Shown: in pieces, positions 25,411 through 34,993 of the stretch
Numbering within the stretch: the stretch's first letter is position 1
Layout: every line of letters begins with the position of its first letter
Assembly (NCBI GenBank): GCA_052327205.1
Contig: CM126214.1
Coordinates: 141,918,001-141,982,000 of the forward strand
Source of the DNA: Somniosus microcephalus
Lineage: Eukaryota
Direction of reading: 5' to 3'
DNA length: 64,000 nt
Program-made: the position numbers and the translations under genes
The notes under the pieces: model-generated
Databases searched by the model: none
Seen by the model: only the letters and a program-made list of their open reading frames with translations
Told to the model about the DNA's origin: nothing

Positions 25411-27654
25411 TGTTGTCTCCGCTACCTCACCACAAACCAGAATCAAACCCATTCAGGTCTGAACAGCGTAATTCAATTTCCAACAGACATCTTGCGAAAA
25501 TGAATACATTTCAGTATTAACATCACACAACTGTTTAATGCAGGAGATTTAGAAGTACAGAACTGTAGAATATGTTGTACAGAAAAGCTGTACTTTGTAA
25601 AACACAATCCTCTCGAATTTGTAAATGTTTTCCTATTCAGTATATTGCTTTTTTAGTGCTGTCCTTAGTCGGTCAGATGTTCCCTTCCTCCCTAATCCAT
25701 GTGTGTTCAGGTGTCATTCTGTGTGTTAACACAGATATCCAAGTTTTTGTGGGCTCCACAAGTATGTACCACAAAGCCTCCGAGGCTGTATAAAATGTAA
25801 TGCCATGTTCCCTTTAATTTGCATATATTTCATGGTGCTTGTACTAGCCAGTCTTTTGAGGATTTATTCACCCATAAGGCAACAAGTGCTAAGAACTGCC
25901 ATTTCTAAACCTCAAAGTCCACAAAATTCAAAAGGGACAAACTAGGAAATAGAGAATTTAAACACAAATAGAACAGAGTTTCCTAGTTTTTGAGGGCTGG
26001 ATTTCGAAGATTTGAGTGCCATATGGAGCCCTAAGGTTGCAAGTTGAACAGTTGTGTGCTAAGGGAAACTAAACCAGGCACTCTGAATTACTTGGTAGTC
26101 AAGAGCTAATAAGGGAAAGGAAGGAAGAGGAAATAAAGCAATAATCAAAATTAGATTCAGAATATTTTGAATGCACCTAATTTAGTGTCTGGCTTATGTT
26201 AGTGTTTGTATTAAGTTTTATTTGCTATAACATTTTGTGACTTCACCTATTTACCCTTGGTTTGGTTATTTTAAAACACGGGTACATGGCTAGAATTGTA
26301 TTTTACTTTACAAGCCAGTACGGCAATTTTGTTAAAACTGACAGCAAGATTTAAATCTGACTCGTCTTTAATTTCCCTGATGCCTGCAATATTTTGCTTA
26401 CTTATAACTCTATTCAAGAAGCTGGACATTGAGGTTAATTAAATGCTGCATTGTGATTCTACCTGGTCACATCACTTGAAGTGTGTTCTCTGTTTTGCAA
26501 AGATAGCATTATTGATGAAAGGGTACATGAGAACATAAAGCATGGAACAAGAAAAGGCTATTTGGTCCATCAAGCTCGCTTGCTCCACAGACCATACACA
26601 ATCTACCTTATCATGGATTCTACCCCACACATTTAATCTCCTGAAGGAAAGCTCCGCATAAACATTCCCTCATTCCAAAAGGTAATCAAACAAAACTCCA
26701 GAATATTCATCCATCCATATATCTCCACCACTGAAATCAACAGCAGCTGAGCCACAGCAGCATTAGGAACCATTGTTTCCTGTGGAGTTGTTATTATTTC
26801 AGATTGTAGCTATTCCTATGGTCTCCAACCTCGATGTCTATCAGTTATTTACCCCATTCTTTTTGAATTGAGTTATTTGAAAACAAACTTGTTGCTGAGA
26901 ATCTGTTCCACAAATCTAATACTCTGTGTGCCACAACACAAGTGTGTTGGACAGTGTCGGAACCTACTCCAAGTCCTCTGCTAGTGCTGCTGTGAGCCAC
27001 CTGCTTAAGGTGTAGGAGAGCAGAGCAGTGATGACTTTCCTGGATTTTCCTCATGAGAAAGATGTTGGCCTCTGCTTAGCATTTCATTACAGCAATGCAG
27101 CTGAAATGGGAAAATTCGCCATGTAGTTGAATTGCAGGCATGGAACTCTGTCTCATCATTTTGTGTCACTAAGTATTGGTGGTCACTATCCTTCAGATGT
27201 ACCAAAAAGTGAAAAATGCATTCCATGACATGCCATTGTGTTATCATAGCTTGCTTCATCCTCAGTGAAATCCACAATGCCAGTGCATATCTGTTCTGTG
27301 CAGCTTTCTACTCCCAACCTGCCCACTTGCAACTGAATTTGATTGGTCAGTTTGCAACTGAACTGACCTGACACCAGTGTGCAGTTCAGCATTGTACTTG
27401 AATCAGTTAAATCTTAAAAAATTGAAAACAACTGATGTTGGAGTGGGGCAGTGGTCAGGAAATTGAAGAAAGCAGAAACAAATATAAAAAAAAAAAAAAA
27501 AGTTGCAAGTTACCTGAATATTACCTTTACCCATACAGTATTTTCACTTGCTTTTCATAATTAAGCATGCTCACTTAAGTCATATCACACTAATTGTATA
27601 TTGAAAATACTTCCATGGAGGCTTACCTGTGCCCTTTTGTCCCAAACAGAAACT

Positions 27655-27762
27655 ATGTACCAGCTTCCTGTCAACAACCTTGCAAATCTAAGAAAGGCTC
27701 GTAAAACAGTGAAAAAGATCCTTACAGATATTGGCTTGGATTATTGTAAAGATCATATAGAG
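27655..27762 (+). CDS. ADNP: ADNP coding exon 1 (exon begins at 27650)
   Basis: Acceptor 'aaacag|AAACTATG'. Translates [36 protein letters not shown], matching the ADNP N-terminus. Phase-0 donor 'GAG|gtaagt'. Confidence 0.97.
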
Positions 27763-28464
27763 GTAAGTAGAAATTTTTGTTTTTGGAGGAGGTGAAACTG
27801 GATTCAAATCCCATCCCCTCACATACTGATATAAAACTCCCTTTTGTTAGCTTTAAGAGTTTAAAAGGCAATGAGTTTGTGTAATTATTGGAGCCCTAAG
27901 TCCATAACACAATAATCTAGAACCTACCATTTCCACGTTGTAGACTTGCGCAGAGGAGCTACACAGGCAGCTGATGTGGGGAAAATGTTACATTGTTGCA
28001 ATAAAAGGTGCTCTTCTGAGTTCGATGTATCAGATTATTAGAGAGAGCTTTACTCTGCTTATGCTTGATGCTCCTTGTGTACATGGTTACAGAGGAAATT
28101 GCTTCTTGGGGTGCTGGTCAGAACGTCATGAGATTGTTTTCTTAGAGTTGTTTCTTAATGACTGTTGTCTGTATAATTCTAAGTAGATCAAGATTCTTGC
28201 TGTCTTGTCAGCAAACTACCGTGTACTCACATCTGAACATAAGAATATAAGAAATAGGAGCAGGAGTAGGCCAATCGGCCCCTCGAGCCTGCTCCGCCAT
28301 TCAATAAGATCATGGCTGATCTGATCCTAACCGCCAATCTACTATCACAGAACCATCTCCTGAATCTAACAGAATAAAACACACGAAATAGGAGCAGGAT
28401 CAGGCTACACGGCCCCTGGGCCCGCTGTGCTACCCACAGGGCCATGTCCGATCCAAACCTAGAC

Positions 28465-31419
28465 TCATGTCCAAATTCCTGCCCGCTCCCCGTAACCCTT
28501 AATTCCCTTTATTTCTAGGAAACTGTCTATTTCTGTTTTAAATTTATGTAATGATGTAGCTTCTACATCTTTTTGGGGCAGCATATTCCATGGACCTACC
28601 ACCCTCTTGAGTGAAGTAGTTCCTCCTCATCTCAGTTTTGAAAGAGCAGCCCCTTATTCTAAGACTATGCCCCCTAGTTCTAGTTTCACCCATCATCGGG
28701 AACATCCTCCCCGCATCCACCCGATCCAACCCCTTCACAATCTTATATGTTTCAATAAGATCGCCTCTCATTCTTCTGAACTCCAATGAATAGAGTCCCA
28801 ATCTACTCAACCTCTCCTCATCCCCGGGATTAACCGAGTGAACCTTCTTTGTACTGACTCGAGAGCAAGTATGTCTTTTCTTAAGTATGGACACCAAAAC
28901 TGTATGCAGTATTCCAGGTGCGGTCTCACCAATACCTTGTACAACTGAAGCAATACCTCCCTATTTTTATATTCTATCCCCCTAGCAATGAAAGCCAACA
29001 TTCCATTGGCCTTCTTAATCACTTGCTGCACCTGCATACTAACCTTTTGAGTTTCGTGCACCAGGACCCCCAGATCCCTTTATACTTCAGTACTTTCCAG
29101 TTTCTTGCCATTAAGATAATAACTTGCTCTACGATTTTTCCTGCCAAAGTGCATAACCTCACACTTTCCAGTATTGTATTCCATCTGCCAAATCTCTGCC
29201 CACTTACTTAGCCTATGTCCCCTTGCAGGTTTTTTATGTCCTCCTCACTCACTACTTTCCCTCCCATCTTAGTATCATCTGCAAACTTTGATATGTTACA
29301 CTCTGTCCCCTCCTCCAAATCGTTAATATAGATTGTAAAGAGTTGGGGACCCAGCACTGACCCCTGCGGAACACCACTAGTTACTGATTGCCAGTCTGAG
29401 AATGAACCATATATCCCAACTCTCTGCCTTCTGTTAGATAGCCAATCCTCTATCCATGCCAGAATATTACCCCTAATCCTGTGATTTTTTATCTTAAGCA
29501 ATAATCTTTTGTGTGGCACCTTGTCAAATGCCTTTTGGAAGTCTAAATACACTACATCCACTGGTTCCCCTTTATCCACCCTATATGTTACTTCCTCAAA
29601 GAACTCCAGCAAATTTGTCAGACTTCCCCTTCATAAAACCATGCTGACTTTGTCCTATTAAATTATGATTATCCAAATGTCCTGTTACTGTCTCCTTAAT
29701 AATGGACTCCAAAATTTTACCTACCGCAGATGTTAGGCTAACCGGTCTATAGTTTCCAGCCTTCTGTCTACTGCCCTTTTTAAATAAGGGTGTTACATTA
29801 GCAGTTTTCCAGTCTGCCGGGACCTTTGCTGAGTCCAGGGAGTTTTGGAAAATTATTACTAAAGCATCCACAATCCCTACCGCCACTTCCCTCAAGACCC
29901 TAGGATGTAAGCCATCAGGTCCAGGTGATTTAACCGCCTTGAGTCCCATTATTTTACCAAGTACCACTTCCTTAGTGATTTTGATCGTGTTTAGCTCCTC
30001 CCCCCCCCCATAGCCCCCTGTTTGTCCAGTGTTGGGATATTCTTAGTGTCCTCTACTGTAAAGACTGATACAAAATATTCATTCAGTGTTTTTGCCATCT
30101 CCATATTTCCCACCATTTCCCGGTCTCATCCTCTAAGGGACCAACATTTACTTTAGCCACCCTTTTTCTTTTTATATAACTATAAAAACTCTTACTATCT
30201 GCTTTTGTATTTTTTGCTAATTTACTTTCATAATCTATCTTCCCTTTCTTAATCAATCTTTTTGTTATTTTTTGCTGTCTTTTAAAGTTTTCCCAATCCT
30301 CTATCCTCCCACTAGATTTGGCTACCTTATATGCCCTTGTTTTTAGTCGAATACTATCCTTAATTTCTTTACTTAGCCACGGATGGCTGTCTTTTCTTTT
30401 ACACCCTTTTCTTCTCAGTGGAATATATATTTTTTGGAAGTTGTAAAATAACTCCTTAAATGTACACCACTGATCATGTATCGTCTTACCCTTTAATCTA
30501 TTTTCCCAATCCACTCTACTCAATTCCGCTCTCATACCTTCATAGTCTCCTTTATTCAAGCTTAGCATGCTTGTTTGAGATCCAACCTTCTCACCCTCTA
30601 ATTGAATATGGAATTCAACCATGTTATGGTCACTCATTCCAAGGGGATCCTTTACTAGGACATTTTTAATTAATCCTGTCTCATTACACAGGACCAGATC
30701 TAAGGTTGCTTGCCCCCTGGTCGGTTCAGTTACATACTGCTCAAGAAACCAATCCCTAATACACTCAATGAACGCATCCTCAAGGCAGCCCTGCCCAATT
30801 TGATTTGTCCAATTAATATGATAGTTAAAATCCCCCATAATTATAGATGTTCCCTTATTACAAGCCTCAACTATTTCCTGATTGATACTCCGTCCGACAG
30901 TGTTGCAACTGTTCAGAGGCCTATAGACTACGCCCACTAGTGTTTTTTTTCCCCTTATTATTCCATATCTCCACCCAAACTGTTTCATTGTCCTGATCTT
31001 TTGACCCAATATCATTTCTCTCTATTACAGTGATTCCTTCCTTTATTAACATAGCCTCCCCTTCCTTCCTGCCTGTCCTTCCTGATCGTTAAATAACCTG
31101 GTATGTTTAATTCCCAGGCATTGTCACCCTGCAGCCATGTTTCTGTAATGGCCACAAGATCATACCCATATGTAGTTATTTGTGCCATTAACTCGTCTAT
31201 TTTGTTACAAATGCTACGTGTTTTCAGATAGAGAACTTTCAAATATGTTTTGTGACACTTAGTTCCTGCTTTTGCCCTTTTTATTACTTTACCTTTTACT
31301 CCATACCTTCTGCCCCTTCCTGACACGCTCTGGTTTTTAATTTCCCCTCTGCTACCTAAGTCTATGACCTTCTCTGTTGTCATTTTTATTATTTGCTCTC
31401 TAGGAACCTCCCCCCCCAC
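28465..31419 (-). pseudogene. CR1 ORF2 (APE endonuclease-reverse transcriptase), multiple frameshifts
   Basis: Six consecutive ORF-track fragments carry EN and RT motifs in the expected order. Stop after ...RAGIWT. Confidence 0.92.
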
Positions 31420-31422
31420 TAG

Positions 31423-32376
31423 TTAGTTTAAAGCCCTCTCTACAGCCCTAGTTATATGATCCGCCAGGACTCTAGTCCCAGCACTGGCCAAGTGAAGCAT
31501 GTCCCAACGGAACAGCTCCCTCCTGCCCCAGTACTGGTGCCAGTGTCCGAGGAAGCAAAACCCATTTCTCTCACACCGGTCTTTGAGCCACGCATTTAAC
31601 TCTCTAATTTTATTTGTCCTAGCCAAATTCGTTCGTGGCTCAGGTAATAATCCAGAGATTATTACCCTTGAGGTTCTGTTTTTTAATTTGACCCCTAGCT
31701 GCTCATACTCCTTTAACAGAACCGGCTTCCTAGTCCTATCTACGTCGTTTGTACCAACATGGACCACGACAACTGGATCCACCCCCTCCCACCAAGTTTC
31801 TTTCCAGCCCAGAGGAGATGTCCTTAACCCTGGTACCGGGTAGGCAACACAGCCTTCGGGACTCTCGCTCTCGGCTGCAGAGAACTCTTATCTATCCCCC
31901 TAATAATACTATCCCCTACCACTACAACATTTCTATTTACTCCCCCCTCTTGAATGGCCCCCCCGTTCCACGGTGCTGTGGACAGGTTGCTCATCCTCCC
32001 TGCAGTCCCTGCTCCTGTCCCCACAGGGAGTAAGAACCTCGAACCTGTTGGACAAGAGCAAGGGCTGCGGCTCCTCCAGCTCTACCTCCTGGATCCCCAT
32101 ACCTGCCTCACTCGTAGTCACACCGTCCTGTCCCTGACCATGGGCTACATCTGAATTAATTAACTTCATAGGTGTGACCACCTCCTGATACACAGAGTCC
32201 AGGTACTTCTCCCCCTCCCTGATGTGTAGCAGTGTCTGAAGCTCAGACTCCAACTCATCAACACGGAGCTGGAGTTCCTGTAGCAGCAGACACTTGTCAC
32301 AGACGTAATCACCGTGAGCCTCAATGGGGTCCACCGGCTCCCACATCTCGCAACAGTAACACATCACCTGCTCCAT
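31423..32376 (-). pseudogene. CR1 ORF1 (Cys-rich/coiled-coil plus SGNH esterase), broken by frameshifts
   Basis: ORF-track pieces 31933-32376, 31824-32024 and 31423-31782 concatenate into one ORF1 ending RAVERALN*. Confidence 0.9.
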
Positions 32377-32587
32377 TCTATGTAATTAATTAAATTTTTT
32401 ATTGTTAGTTATGGACACCCTCTGTCCGATTTTAGATGCTGGTATCCCCTTTAATTAATTGGATTTAAATTAAATCAATCCCTCTAATTACACCAGTTAA
32501 ATGGTTTACCAACAGTCACTCTGCACCAGAAAGGCCTTATTAACTACAACCCACAGAGTTAAAGTTTGAAAAGAGCACCTAACACCC

Positions 32588-32897
32588 CACTTACCCAAAC
32601 TCACAGCACTCTCTGCTGACTCGCACTAGGACTGGTCTTTTTATACTGTTTGTTTGTTTACAGCCAAATGAGTCACCCCTGCTGATTGGTTAGAAAACTG
32701 GTTTCCACTGCCTGCTGTGCCAATTTACTCCTACTGCAGTGTAACCTTGTTTTACTCTTCTTAAACCAACAGAATCCCAAATATTTAACTTTTCCCCTTT
32801 ACTTAAACTGCTTAAGTAATCTTATCAAGAATGATTTAAAGAGAAATAACAATTAAAGAACTCTCGCACTTACCCAAACTCTCAGCACTCTCTGCTG
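32588..32897 (-). promoter_or_regulatory. Pol II promoter in the CR1 5' UTR, between two 31-bp direct repeats
   Basis: Minus strand: AACCAATCAGC (CCAAT 32689-32685), TGACTCA (32675-32669), GTAAACA (32661-32655), TATAAAAA (32645-32638), Inr-like TCAG at ~32617. Repeats 32588-32618 and 32867-32897 are 30/31 identical. Confidence 0.65.
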
Positions 32898-33951
32898 CAT
32901 TGTAGTGTGCAATGGCTTATTTGCTTTTGCATCTGTTAATTCTAGCTTATCTAAAAACAGGCCCAGTTACATTTGAAAATTTATTTTATTTTTGTATTGA
33001 AATTTAAGATTTTCAAGAAACCATACCCTCTCACGGATGTGTTGAATTCATAACTTTGTTTTTCTCAGAATAAGCTAAAGTGCTTTTCCCCAATAAATTT
33101 AGACACATATATAAATGTTTTTTTTAAATAATTTCCAGTACTGTTTTTATTGGTAAATTTTCACATTGCGATCTGTTTAGGGGTGTGTAGTTTGTGTGCT
33201 TGTTGCTGGTCTTTTTTTTTTAATCTCAAAAAATTGTGTTATTGCTAATTGCGCCTTGGCCAAGGATAACAATTTGGGAAAGTGGCGTGAGCACATAACC
33301 ACACAACTGAATTTGGTATCTGGTGAAAATATTCGTACCTCAACAGTTGATGGGGACTGCATTTGGCTCTTTTAGTTAAGAGTTTCGATCAGGATTTGAG
33401 AGTGAGGATAAATTTAACATAATGTATGTTTTTTCTCTGACCTCTATTTGACTGGGAGCCAAATTAAGCTCTGAGAATTCGTGCTAATTCTTATTTGAAA
33501 TCAATTCCTTTTATGCTCCCATTAATTTCAAACATAGGATGTTTTTTACTAACTTTGTGTGGAAGTTTTTTTTAAGGATAACCACACAATCAAGGATTTA
33601 AACTTTTAATTTTTGTCCTCTGAGCCAGAATAAGAAACTAGTTTTGAACTCAATCACTGCTGATTTGTACACACACTTGAAGGAATTTACTGACTATTGG
33701 AGAAGTTGCTACTCTGTAAAGCAATACTGCACGATATGAAGTTTATGTTGACATGTTGCTGCTTGGTCTGTTTGAAGTGATTGTAATTTATACTTTTTGC
33801 ATTCCCTTTGGGAGAGAAGAAAATTAAAATCTGTTGCTCTGATGCAAAGTTTCAGTGGAAGGTTTTTACTTAATGACAAAGAATAAAAAAAATAATGTAT
33901 TAAAAATCTTTTTTATATATTATTTATATACAACTAAAACTGTTCTTCCAG

Positions 33952-34044
33952 GATTTCAAACAGTTCGAACCAAATGACTTCTACCTGAAGAACACTACGT
34001 GGGACGATGTCTCGCTTTGGGACCCTTCTTCTACAAAGCTACAG
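33952..34044 (+). CDS. ADNP: ADNP coding exon 2
   Basis: Acceptor 'ttcttccag|'. Translates [31 protein letters not shown] (93 nt, phase 0/0). Donor 'CAG|gttagt'. Confidence 0.97.
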
Positions 34045-34993
34045 GTTAGTTTAATTTCTATACTGGAAGTGTTGATTCTTACATTATTGTATATTTCTTT
34101 AACGCTTCATTCAGAGTTATATCTAATTAGCAGGGTGGGCTTTATTGGTTAAAATATTTTTTTACTAATCCATTGTGCATGTCTGTTTTTAACTATTATA
34201 ATTAGTGATTTGATGAGTTGAAACTTGAGTCCATAGTTTAGTAAATCTACAGTGCTGGCAGATAAAAACATTGAGATTGTTTCTATGGTGGATTCCAGAT
34301 TTTATATAAACTTAAGGCAGGGAGTCAGCTGCTCTTCATAAGTTGTTAAAAGTACATTTAGTGATGGCATGAATTTTTTTTTCCCAACTATGGAATCTGA
34401 TTTTGAAGCAACATGTATTGTTCACAGGCTAAAGGCAACACCAGTTCAGAGGTGTACTGTCAACTTTCAATGTAATTAATTCACATTTAGGATAGGTACA
34501 AAACTTTGATATACCAAAAAAACAATTTTTTTATTGGCCATAAATATTTTGCATTTAAAAAAATCTTTGTACATCTGTACAGAAAGTGATCTCGTTTAAA
34601 CTAGAGTATTGTTACAGAATGTGACATACTTGGCATTCTAATGCCGATTCCTTTAATGTATAAATGAAACACGGTAAAATGTACCTGCAATAATTTTTCA
34701 GGTGTTTCCAGCCTTTTACACTAAGTGGAATATAAGCACAATTTGTCATTGTGAAAATAGTATCAGTCATATCTCAGTGTAGTGACTGTGTAATCTACTT
34801 TAGAGCAATCTTTTTAGTATATTTAAAATTCAGAAATATTCTTATCCATAGCATTTTTGGGTGAAGGAATATATGGCTGGCAGGCAATCTATGTGTACCT
34901 TTGTTTTAATCACAATGAAAACAAAATTGGACTAATTTAAATTGTACCTATGTAGACTGAACAATAATAACTGCTGCTGTTTTATATTTTCAG

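Larger units (their letters stand above)
28235..32897 (-). mobile_element. Apparently full-length CR1-clade LINE (copy 1), antisense in an ADNP intron, both ORFs frameshifted
   Basis: ORF1 32376-31423 has Cys pairs (CYCC..CDKC), a coiled coil and SGNH esterase motifs (VVGDSIIR, HVGTND, D.LHL). ORF2 ~31419-28465 has an APE endonuclease (AITETW, MGDFN, LDLVL, SDHN) and RT ([23 protein letters not shown]). The tail is a (TTCTTATR)n-type repeat and the 5' UTR is ~520 bp. Confidence 0.95.

Noticed and set aside
28918-29211. 97-aa plus-strand ORF recurring at 50420 and 55188
   Set aside because: Antisense to the CR1 RT. It recurs only because the three copies are recent and near-identical.
28215-32915. 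Target-site duplication around CR1 copy 1
   Set aside because: No convincing direct repeat at the two junctions, so the 5' boundary at 32897 rests on the repeat and promoter structure only.
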